NCBI GenBank assembly: GCA_002690595.1
Contig: NZFI01000057.1
Span: forward strand, 1-39,183
Direction of reading: 5' to 3'
Source of the DNA: Rickettsiales bacterium
GTDB lineage: Bacteria > Pseudomonadota > Alphaproteobacteria > Methylaequorales > Methylaequoraceae
Length of the DNA stretch: 39,183 nt
The notes beneath the pieces were generated by a model. It worked only from the letters and a program-made list of their open reading frames with translations, did not search any database and was not told where the DNA came from. Shown one piece after another: positions 11,715 through 19,850 of the stretch (positions within the stretch are counted from its first letter, which is position 1; each line of letters starts with the position of its first letter). The translations under genes and the position numbers were made by a program.

Positions 11715-12557
11715 ATGACGATCATTTCTGATCAGAAAAAAGTAGAAAAAATCGTAACCCAATCCGGTAGCTCATTTTATTGGGGTATGAAATTATTAGA
11801 AAAAAATCAGAAAAGAGCCATGTTTTCAATATATTCATTTTGTAGAATAGTTGATGATATTGCCGATAGTAATTTAAAAAAAAAAGAGAAATTAAAAGAA
11901 CTCCAAAAATGGATAAAAAAAATAGACTTAATTTATAAATCTAATCCAGTGGATTCCTTGTCAAGAGAACTTTATTTTACTGTAAAGAAATTTAAACTAG
12001 AAAAGAGAGACTTTATATCTATTATTCAAGGTATGAAAATGGATATAAATGAAATTATTGTATATCCAAGTATGAAAAAACTTGAATCATATTGCGATAA
12101 AGTTGCTGGAGCAGTGGGCTGTCTTGCAGTTTGTATATTTGGTCTCGAAGGCGAAAATAAAAGAAAATATGCATTTGCATTAGGAAGAGCATTCCAATTT
12201 ACTAATATTCTCCGAGATTTAAAAGAGGATAGTCTAAGGAATAGATCTTATATACCCATGGAATTAATAAAAAAATATAACTTACAAAAGAGTAAACCAG
12301 AAGAAATTCTTATAAATTCTAAAGTTGTTTCATTGTGTAATAATATGCGATTGATGACTAAAACTTATTATAATGCAGCTGATAAATTATCACTAAAATT
12401 TAAAAAAAAAAATTTAAAAGGTCCCAGAATTATGCAAGCCATGTACTTTGCTATATTTAAAAAGATATGTAAATCAGATTGGAATATAAGTAAAAAAGTA
12501 AAGCTAAGTAAAATTGAAAAATTTTTATTAATTTTAAAAATAATAATCAGAGGATAA
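11715..12557 (+). CDS. hpnD: Presqualene diphosphate synthase HpnD
   Basis: HpnD-type N-terminus SGSSFYWGMKLL...KRAMFSIYSFCRIVDDIAD. The second Asp-rich motif is NILRDLKED. Confidence 0.8.
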   Translation: MTIISDQKKVEKIVTQSGSSFYWGMKLLEKNQKRAMFSIYSFCRIVDDIADSNLKKKEKLKELQKWIKKIDLIYKSNPVDSLSRELYFTVKKFKLEKRDFISIIQGMKMDINEIIVYPSMKKLESYCDKVAGAVGCLAVCIFGLEGENKRKYAFALGRAFQFTNILRDLKEDSLRNRSYIPMELIKKYNLQKSKPEEILINSKVVSLCNNMRLMTKTYYNAADKLSLKFKKKNLKGPRIMQAMYFAIFKKICKSDWNISKKVKLSKIEKFLLILKIIIRG

Positions 12558-12558
12558 A

Positions 12559-13806
12559 ATTAGTAAAATTTCAAAAACATATATAATTGGTGCTGGAATA
12601 TCTGGTTTAACAGCAGCATGTTATGCAAAACACAAAAAGCAAGAAATTGAAATTTTTGAGGCTACTGGTCAAGCTGGTGGGAGATGTAGAAGTTATTATG
12701 ACAAAGCTTTAAACTTTGAAATAGATAATGGGAATCATCTAATATTGTCAGCGAATATAAATTTTATTAATTTTTGCAAACTAATTAAATCTGAAAAGAC
12801 CTTGATTTATTATGATTCTAAATTTAATTTTTACGATCTTAAAACTGATAATAGATGGTCAATAAAAATACCTAAAAGTAGATTCCCATGGTGGATTTTT
12901 CAAAAAGAAAATAGAATACCCAATACAACTATCCTGAATTATTTTTCCATACTTAATTTTTTATTCTGCTCAAAAAATAATTATGTGAATGATCTAATTC
13001 TTGGAAGTGGAAGATTATACAAATTTTTCTGGGAACCATTAACATTAGGTATTTTAAATACTAACTGTAAAGAAGCATCCGCATATTTACTTTATAACGT
13101 TCTTAAAAAGAGCTTTTTAAAAGGAGGAAATTATTGTGGAATAATTCAACCAAATCATAACTGGAATGAGACTCTTATCAATCCAGCTTTGAATTTTTTA
13201 AAAAAAAAAAGAATTGAAATCAATTATAATAATATTTTAAAAAAAATTGAAACTGAAAATGATCTTATTAAAAAACTAATATTTAATAAAAAAGAAATCT
13301 CAATTAATAAAAATGATAGAGTTATAATGTCACTATCCTTAAATGGTTTTAACAAGATTTTTCCAAAATATAGTCTTCCTAATGAATTTAATACTATAGT
13401 AAACATTCATTTCAAAGTTCCTGAAAAGATAAGTTTAAATAAAAAAGAACCTATACTTGGTTTAATAAATTCTAAAACTCATTGGATTTTTATAAAAAAA
13501 AATTATATTTCCATAACAATTAGTGATGCTAATGAACTAGAAGGATTATCCTCAGAAGACCTGGCAACATTGGTATGGAATGAAATAAAAAGGGCTTTAG
13601 ATTTAAAAAAAATTCAAATCCCAAAATATAAAGTGTTAAGAGAAAAAAAAGCTACATACAAACAATCTCCAGGTAATATAAATCTGATAAAAAATATTAA
13701 TAAATTACCAAAAAATCTTTTCTTAGCAGGAGATTGGACAGTAAGTAACTTTCCATCAACAATTGAAAGTTCTATACTTTCTGGAAAAAATTCTATAAAT
13801 AAGTAG
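12559..13806 (+). CDS. hpnE: Hydroxysqualene dehydroxylase HpnE (FAD-dependent amine oxidase-like); start codon non-canonical and unresolved
   Basis: The ORF track starts at TTG 12745. The same frame is open from 12547 and encodes the FAD Rossmann motif YIIGAGISGLTAA plus GGRCRSY and DNGNHL, all diagnostic of HpnE. There is no in-frame ATG/GTG/TTG upstream. ATT at 12559 follows GAGGA (12550-12554). Confidence 0.8.
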   Translation: MSKISKTYIIGAGISGLTAACYAKHKKQEIEIFEATGQAGGRCRSYYDKALNFEIDNGNHLILSANINFINFCKLIKSEKTLIYYDSKFNFYDLKTDNRWSIKIPKSRFPWWIFQKENRIPNTTILNYFSILNFLFCSKNNYVNDLILGSGRLYKFFWEPLTLGILNTNCKEASAYLLYNVLKKSFLKGGNYCGIIQPNHNWNETLINPALNFLKKKRIEINYNNILKKIETENDLIKKLIFNKKEISINKNDRVIMSLSLNGFNKIFPKYSLPNEFNTIVNIHFKVPEKISLNKKEPILGLINSKTHWIFIKKNYISITISDANELEGLSSEDLATLVWNEIKRALDLKKIQIPKYKVLREKKATYKQSPGNINLIKNINKLPKNLFLAGDWTVSNFPSTIESSILSGKNSINK

Positions 13807-13844
13807 TATTAATTTTAAATGAAAAATATTACTCTTCTAAATCA

Positions 13845-15752
13845 ATGACTTTTACTAAAGATTATCTAACTAAGTTTATAAATAAAAATCTTGAATTAGA
13901 AAAAAAAAAAATTCATTCTAAAGGCTACAGCGTCTACGAACTTGAAGCTGATGCAACAATACCATCAGAATATATTTTAATGATGCATTTTCTGGGTAAA
14001 ATTGATCATAATATTCAGGAAAAAATTACAAAGTATCTCATAAAAAATCAGAATGTAGAAGGGGGGTGGCCTTTATATTTTAATGGTGAAACTGATATAA
14101 GTGCGACTGTTAAAGCTTACTATGCCCTTAAACTCTCTGGGTTAAATATTAATTCTAAGTTAATGGTTAAAGCAAGAGATTTGATTCTTAAAAAAGGCGG
14201 AGCAGAGAACTCTAATGTATTTACAAGGATTACTCTTGCATTATTTGAACAAATCTCCTGGCAAGCATTACCTGCTATGCCAATAGAGATAATGCTATTA
14301 CCCAAATTTTTTCCCTTTCATCTGAACAAAATATCTTACTGGTCTAGAACTGTATTAGTGCCGTTGTTAATTATTTTAAATAAAAAGCCTCAAGCCAATA
14401 ACCCTAATTGTATTGGAATAAAAGAAATTTTTAAGAAAGATCCAAATAAAATCAAAAAACCTTCTTTAAATAAAAAAAATTTATTATCTATTTCCTTTTA
14501 TTTAATTGATTTAATTTTAAAAAAGATTGATCACATATTTCCCCAAAATAAAAGAAATCAGTCAATTAATCTTGCATACAAATGGATAATTGAAAGATTA
14601 AATTATCATGATGGGTTAGGTGCAATTTTCCCAGCAATGGTTAATTCTCTTATCGCACTTCATATTAAAGATAGAAACCCCTATAAAAAAGAAATAAAGA
14701 TTGCAAGACAAGCTATTGATAAATTATTAGTTATAAAAAAAAATGAAGCTTATTGTCAACCCTGCTTATCACCAATTTGGGATACTGGTTGGGTAGGACA
14801 AACAATGATTGAGAATGAACAAAATATTGATAAAACTATTAATTGGTTACTTGAAAAAGAAATAAATACGGATGGTGATTGGAAAAATAAAAGACCAAAT
14901 TTAAAACCTGGTGGATGGGCATTCCAATTTAATAACGATTTTTATCCTGATGTGGATGACTCTGCTTTAATTGGAATGTTATTTCATAGGTATAATAAAA
15001 AATTCCAAAAAAAAGAAATTTCAGAATCAATTGAAAGAACAAGAAAATGGATAATTGGAATGCAATCAAAAAATGGTGGATGGGGCTCTTTTGATGTAGA
15101 TAATAATTATAGTTATCTTAATTATATTCCATTTGCAGATCATGGAGCTTTACTTGACCCTCCTACAGCTGATGTGACAGCTAGATGTATAAGTTTCCTT
15201 GCACAATTAAATGACAAAAAAAATGAAAATTTTATAAAAAAAGGTGTTAAATTTCTCCTAGAAGAACAAGAAGATGACGGAAGTTGGTTTGGGAGATGGG
15301 GAACAAATTATATATACGGAACGTGGTCTGTACTTTCAGCATTAAACTTAGTTGAATTTCATGATAAAAAGAATGTAATTGAAAAAGCTGTAAATTATAT
15401 TAAAAAAAATCAAAGATCTGATGGTGGATGGGGTGAAGATGGAAAAACATATGACGATAAATACAAAGGCTTGGCAAAATCTAGTACGCCTTCTCAAACT
15501 TCATGGGCTATTTTGGGATTAATAGCATCCGGTGAAATTAAGTCAGATGAGGTTTCTAATGGTGTTAAATATTTAATTAAACAAAATATTAAAAAAAATG
15601 GATGGCAAGAAAATTATTATACTGCCGTAGGTTTTCCAAAAGTATTTTATCTAAAGTATCATGGATATTCACAATATTTTCCATTGTTAGCTATTTCAAG
15701 ATATAAAAATATATTAAGTTCAAACTCTCATAAACCATTATTTGGTGTTTAA
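13845..15752 (+). CDS. shc: Squalene-hopene cyclase
   Basis: 635 aa with the catalytic DxDD motif (DVDDSA, 14949-14960) and repeated QW motifs (e.g. QNVEGGW, QSKNGGW, EQEDDGSW, QRSDGGW). Confidence 0.93.
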   Translation: MTFTKDYLTKFINKNLELEKKKIHSKGYSVYELEADATIPSEYILMMHFLGKIDHNIQEKITKYLIKNQNVEGGWPLYFNGETDISATVKAYYALKLSGLNINSKLMVKARDLILKKGGAENSNVFTRITLALFEQISWQALPAMPIEIMLLPKFFPFHLNKISYWSRTVLVPLLIILNKKPQANNPNCIGIKEIFKKDPNKIKKPSLNKKNLLSISFYLIDLILKKIDHIFPQNKRNQSINLAYKWIIERLNYHDGLGAIFPAMVNSLIALHIKDRNPYKKEIKIARQAIDKLLVIKKNEAYCQPCLSPIWDTGWVGQTMIENEQNIDKTINWLLEKEINTDGDWKNKRPNLKPGGWAFQFNNDFYPDVDDSALIGMLFHRYNKKFQKKEISESIERTRKWIIGMQSKNGGWGSFDVDNNYSYLNYIPFADHGALLDPPTADVTARCISFLAQLNDKKNENFIKKGVKFLLEEQEDDGSWFGRWGTNYIYGTWSVLSALNLVEFHDKKNVIEKAVNYIKKNQRSDGGWGEDGKTYDDKYKGLAKSSTPSQTSWAILGLIASGEIKSDEVSNGVKYLIKQNIKKNGWQENYYTAVGFPKVFYLKYHGYSQYFPLLAISRYKNILSSNSHKPLFGV

Positions 15753-16410
15753 TAAAAAACTTAAATTTGGAGTAATAGTAGGTCTTAAGTATGAAAAAAA
15801 TACTTTAAAAGACTTAAATGTTATATCAGATATTGGTTATGGAAAAGATTCAGCAGCAGCTACTAAGAAATTATTAAATTCTTCCATTGATTGTGTTATT
15901 AGTTTTGGATTTGCTGGTTCTATAAATTCAGATTTAAAAAGAGGTCAAATTATTTTACCTGATAATATTGTTTGGGGAAATAATAAATGTGTTCCAACAT
16001 CACTAAAGTATCGAAAATATATAAAAGATTTATTAAATGAATTTAAATTAATTACATCCAATCTTGGGACTATAAGTCATATAATTAATAAACAAGATCA
16101 GAAAAAAGAACTTTCTATAAAAAAAAACATATCTGCTATTGATATGGAATCAGAGTTTATTCAGAAAGAAGCAATTAAAAAAAAAGTTCCATTTATTGCA
16201 CTAAGAGTTATTTTTGATGATCTTGAATTAAACATACCTGATTTTATTAAAAAAAGTTCAAATACAAAAGGTGTAATTAATTATAAAAAAGTAATTTTGA
16301 ATTTAATCTTAAGGCCAACAAATTTTATTCAATTAATTAAATTATCTATTAATTTTTTTATGTGCATCAAAGTGCTTAAAAAATTAGCTATAAAAATATT
16401 TGATATTTAA
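15742..16410 (+). CDS. hpnG: Hopanoid-associated phosphorylase/nucleosidase HpnG (PNP/UDP-1 family)
   Basis: Nucleosidase-fold motifs SFGFAGS and AIDMES. It overlaps the 3' end of shc (TTG/GTG start at 15742/15745). This is the conserved position after shc. Confidence 0.75.
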   Translation: MVFNKKLKFGVIVGLKYEKNTLKDLNVISDIGYGKDSAAATKKLLNSSIDCVISFGFAGSINSDLKRGQIILPDNIVWGNNKCVPTSLKYRKYIKDLLNEFKLITSNLGTISHIINKQDQKKELSIKKNISAIDMESEFIQKEAIKKKVPFIALRVIFDDLELNIPDFIKKSSNTKGVINYKKVILNLILRPTNFIQLIKLSINFFMCIKVLKKLAIKIFDI

Positions 16411-16411
16411 T

Positions 16412-17530
16412 TTACATTAAATCAAGTTCATACATTTTTGATTCAAGTATTCTTTCATATAAATCTTCTGCTGGTCTTGCGGTTTGTTGACTAATTTCTT
16501 CAACAACTGGTCCACTTGTTTTTATCCCAAATAATTTATTAGTTAAAGATTGAAGAGGATTTTGAAATGTATAATTTAAAGCTGAAGGTTCATATCCACA
16601 ATGCGTCATACAATCTCTGCACTTTTCGTAATTTCCGGTTCCGTACTGTTTCCAATCTGTTTTTTCTATCAAATCATTGTAAGTTTTAAAATAACCTTCA
16701 GCTAAATGATAGCAAGGTTTCTGCCATCCAAATATATTCCTGGTAGGTGTTGCCCATGGGGTGCATGAGAAGGAACGATTACCAGCAAGAAAATCAAGGT
16801 AGATTATGTTTTGATTAAATTTCCATTTTTTAAATTTTTTAGATTTAAATATCGTTCTAAAAATTTTAATAATATTTTCTCTATTATAAAAACTTTTTTT
16901 ATCTGATGCTCTTTCATATGAAAAGCTTGGTGAAATATTTATTCCATCAACACCTAATTCATCCGATGCATATGTTAAAAATTCTATAATTTTTTTTATT
17001 CTTTGGTGTGAATATATAGTGCAATTTATAGTTACTCTAAACCCTTTTGTTTTTGCAAGTTTAATAGAATGTATTGCGTTATCAAAAACTCCTTCTTGAC
17101 CTGCTATTTGATCATGCTCTTCCTTCATACCGTTTAAATTGATTGACCATCTAAAATATTTACTTGGAGAATAATCATAAATGTTTTTTGGAAGTAGCAG
17201 TGCATTAGTTGTCAAATAAATAAATTTTTTTTCTTTTTGTAACGCTTCAACTAATTCAGGAGTATCTTCATTTAGTAACGGTTCACCACCACAAATCGCA
17301 ACGATTGGAGCTTCACATTCTCTAACAGAATAAATACATTTTTCTACACTTAAATATTCATCTAAAACTTTTTGTGGATAATCTGATTTACCACAAACAG
17401 TGGTAACCAAATTTGTTTTAAACTGAGGTTCAAGCATTAAAACTAATGGAATCCTTTTTTTCTCAGAATCCATTTTTGCTTTAGCTATATACTTTGATAT
17501 AGAGACTTGTTCAAAAGTAGAAATTGCCAT
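16412..17530 (-). CDS. HpnH paralog with a degenerate radical-SAM cluster motif
   Basis: 372 aa and collinear with the neighbouring HpnH over its full length (PLVLMLEP, GGEPL, LTTNALL, GxQEGVFD, ISPxFxYERA, LDFLAGN, CTPW, TRNIFGWQKPCY, GTGNYEKCxDCMxHCGYE). The CxxxCxxC site reads TNLVTTVC (17393-17416). Confidence 0.8.
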   Translation of the reverse strand: MAISTFEQVSISKYIAKAKMDSEKKRIPLVLMLEPQFKTNLVTTVCGKSDYPQKVLDEYLSVEKCIYSVRECEAPIVAICGGEPLLNEDTPELVEALQKEKKFIYLTTNALLLPKNIYDYSPSKYFRWSINLNGMKEEHDQIAGQEGVFDNAIHSIKLAKTKGFRVTINCTIYSHQRIKKIIEFLTYASDELGVDGINISPSFSYERASDKKSFYNRENIIKIFRTIFKSKKFKKWKFNQNIIYLDFLAGNRSFSCTPWATPTRNIFGWQKPCYHLAEGYFKTYNDLIEKTDWKQYGTGNYEKCRDCMTHCGYEPSALNYTFQNPLQSLTNKLFGIKTSGPVVEEISQQTARPAEDLYERILESKMYELDLM

Positions 17531-17714
17531 TATGATTAAAAATTATACAATTAGTTAAATGCCTAAAGATTATGCAATATAATCAAAATCATAATATTAA
17601 TCTGACTTTTTATTCTGAGTAAATTTTTTTTGAAAATATATATTATTCAAATAAAAAATATATTAAGTGAATATTTATCAAACCAATAGTTAGCGCTATA
17701 AGTTTTTTTTCTAT

Positions 17715-18842
17715 TTAAGAGTTTGAATTTTCAGAATGAAGTTCCTTCATCATATTTGTGACATGAGTATCAAAAACAAAATCTGGATCTCTTGAGCTAC
17801 TTAAATCAATTTCTTTGGCCATTTGTCCTTCAGTTCTTGGACCAGAAAATGCAACTCTAGCTGCTTTTAATGGATTAGCAAAAACATCAGATACTGCAGA
17901 GGCTTCGTAACCACAATGAGCCATACAATCTGAACATTTTTCATAGTTTCCTGTTCCGTACTTATCCCATTCGGTTGTTTCCATCAATTCATTGAAGGAT
18001 TTAACATAACCTTCTCCTAATAAGTAACAAGGTTTTTGCCATCCAAAAATATTTCTAGTTGGATTACCCCAAGGAGTACATTTGTATGATTGATTTCCTG
18101 CTAAAAAATCAAGATACAAACCTGAATGACTAAAATCCCATTTTTTAAAATTTTCCGATCTAAAAATTTTCCTGAAGAATTTTTTTGTATTAGATCTTTT
18201 TATAAAATGTTGTTGATCAGGAGCTCTCTCATAAGCAAATCCAGGAGAAATAGTTATACCATCAACCTTAAGTTCTGTAGAAACAAAATCTAAAAATTTT
18301 TTTGTATTTTCTGAATCAGCGTGGTCAAAAATTGTACAATTTACATTACATCTAAATCCTAATGATTTTGCTTTTTTAATCGCTGAAATACATCTATCAA
18401 AAACACCCTCTTGACAAACAGCTTCGTCATGTTCCTTTTTTAATCCATCAAGATGAACAGACCAAGTAAAATATGGACTAGGCTTATAATCTTCCATCCT
18501 TTTTTCCATTAATAATGCATTGGTACATAAATAAACAAATTTTTTTCTTTTAACTAATTCATCAACAATTTCTGGCATTTCTTTATGAATTAGTGGTTCA
18601 CCTCCAGGAATAGAAACAATTGGTGCGCCACACTCTTCAACAGAGTCGACACATTCTTTCACTGAAAGTCTTTGATTTAAAATCTCTTGTGGATAGTCAA
18701 TTTTTCCACAACCAGCACATGCTAAATTACATCTGAATAATGGCTCTAACATTAAAACTAGTGGATACTTTTTTTTTCTAAGGAGCTTCTGCTTAAAAAT
18801 ATAATAACCAACTCTCAATTGTTGTATTATAGGAATTGCCAT
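17715..18842 (-). CDS. hpnH: Adenosylhopane synthase HpnH (radical SAM)
   Basis: Intact CNLACAGC radical-SAM motif (18708-18731), GGEPL, and a C-terminal Cys-rich region. It lies in the hopanoid cluster next to ispH. Confidence 0.88.
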   Translation of the reverse strand: MAIPIIQQLRVGYYIFKQKLLRKKKYPLVLMLEPLFRCNLACAGCGKIDYPQEILNQRLSVKECVDSVEECGAPIVSIPGGEPLIHKEMPEIVDELVKRKKFVYLCTNALLMEKRMEDYKPSPYFTWSVHLDGLKKEHDEAVCQEGVFDRCISAIKKAKSLGFRCNVNCTIFDHADSENTKKFLDFVSTELKVDGITISPGFAYERAPDQQHFIKRSNTKKFFRKIFRSENFKKWDFSHSGLYLDFLAGNQSYKCTPWGNPTRNIFGWQKPCYLLGEGYVKSFNELMETTEWDKYGTGNYEKCSDCMAHCGYEASAVSDVFANPLKAARVAFSGPRTEGQMAKEIDLSSSRDPDFVFDTHVTNMMKELHSENSNS

Positions 18843-18869
18843 TAACTTTTCACCATATTAAACATATTA

Positions 18870-19817
18870 TTAATTAATCATTTGATAGTTTTCAAGCTCT
18901 TTAGGTAATTTAAATACTACATTTTCCTCAATACCTGGCCTTGTATTAATTTCTATTTTTCTATATTTTGAAATTCTTTCGATCACTTCCTGAACAAGCT
19001 CGTCTGGAGTTGAAGCACCTGAAGTTATACCAACAGATTTAATTTTGGATAACCATTTACTACTCAGATCATCCGCCGTTTCTATCAAATATGTATCAAC
19101 ACCTGACTCTTCGCCCAAATCTCTTAATCTATTAGAATTTGAACTATTTTTTGCGCCAACAACTAAAATCATATCAACATGTTCAACTAAATCTCTAACC
19201 GCAGACTGTCTATTTTGTGTTGCATAACAAATATCTTTTACATCTGGCCCTTGGATTGATGGGAACCTATCTTTTAGAGCTTGTATTACAACTTTAGTAT
19301 CATCAACAGACAAAGTCGTTTGACTGACATAAGATAACTTTAGTGGGTCTTCTACCTTGAGTTTATGAACATCTTCAGTATTTGAAACTAAATAAACATT
19401 ACCAGATATTCTTCCCATTGTCCCTTCAACTTCAGGATGTCCTTCATGACCAATTAAAATTACTTCATAACCTTTTTTAGAATATTTTTGTCCTTCTTTA
19501 TGAACCTTTGCAACAAGTGGGCAAGTTGCATCAAGAACTGGAAGTTTTCTCTTATGTGCAATATCTTCTACTTTTTGGGCAACACCATGTGCACTAAAAA
19601 CTGTGACAGCCCCCGCTGGTATTTGATCTAACTCTTGAACAAAAACTGCACCCTTAGAACTCAGATTATTAACAACTCTTTTATTATGAACAATCTCGTG
19701 TCTTACATAAACTGGAGGTCCATATATCTTCAATGCTCTTTCAACTATTTCAATAGCTCTTTCAACTCCAGCGCAAAAGCCTCTTGGCTGCGCTAAAAAA
19801 ACTTTTAGAGTTTTCAA
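18870..19817 (-). CDS. ispH: 4-hydroxy-3-methylbut-2-enyl diphosphate reductase
   Basis: N-terminus AQPRGFCAGVERAI, HEIVHN, TCPLV, SSNSNRL. 315 aa. Confidence 0.93.
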   Translation of the reverse strand: MKTLKVFLAQPRGFCAGVERAIEIVERALKIYGPPVYVRHEIVHNKRVVNNLSSKGAVFVQELDQIPAGAVTVFSAHGVAQKVEDIAHKRKLPVLDATCPLVAKVHKEGQKYSKKGYEVILIGHEGHPEVEGTMGRISGNVYLVSNTEDVHKLKVEDPLKLSYVSQTTLSVDDTKVVIQALKDRFPSIQGPDVKDICYATQNRQSAVRDLVEHVDMILVVGAKNSSNSNRLRDLGEESGVDTYLIETADDLSSKWLSKIKSVGITSGASTPDELVQEVIERISKYRKIEINTRPGIEENVVFKLPKELENYQMIN

Positions 19818-19850
19818 TTTAGATTTCTCCTAATTAAATTATATTATTAT

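Noticed and set aside
17691-17698. Palindrome TAGCGCTA just downstream of hpnH.
   Set aside because: It is too short and has no loop, so it cannot form a terminator hairpin. This is a single occurrence.
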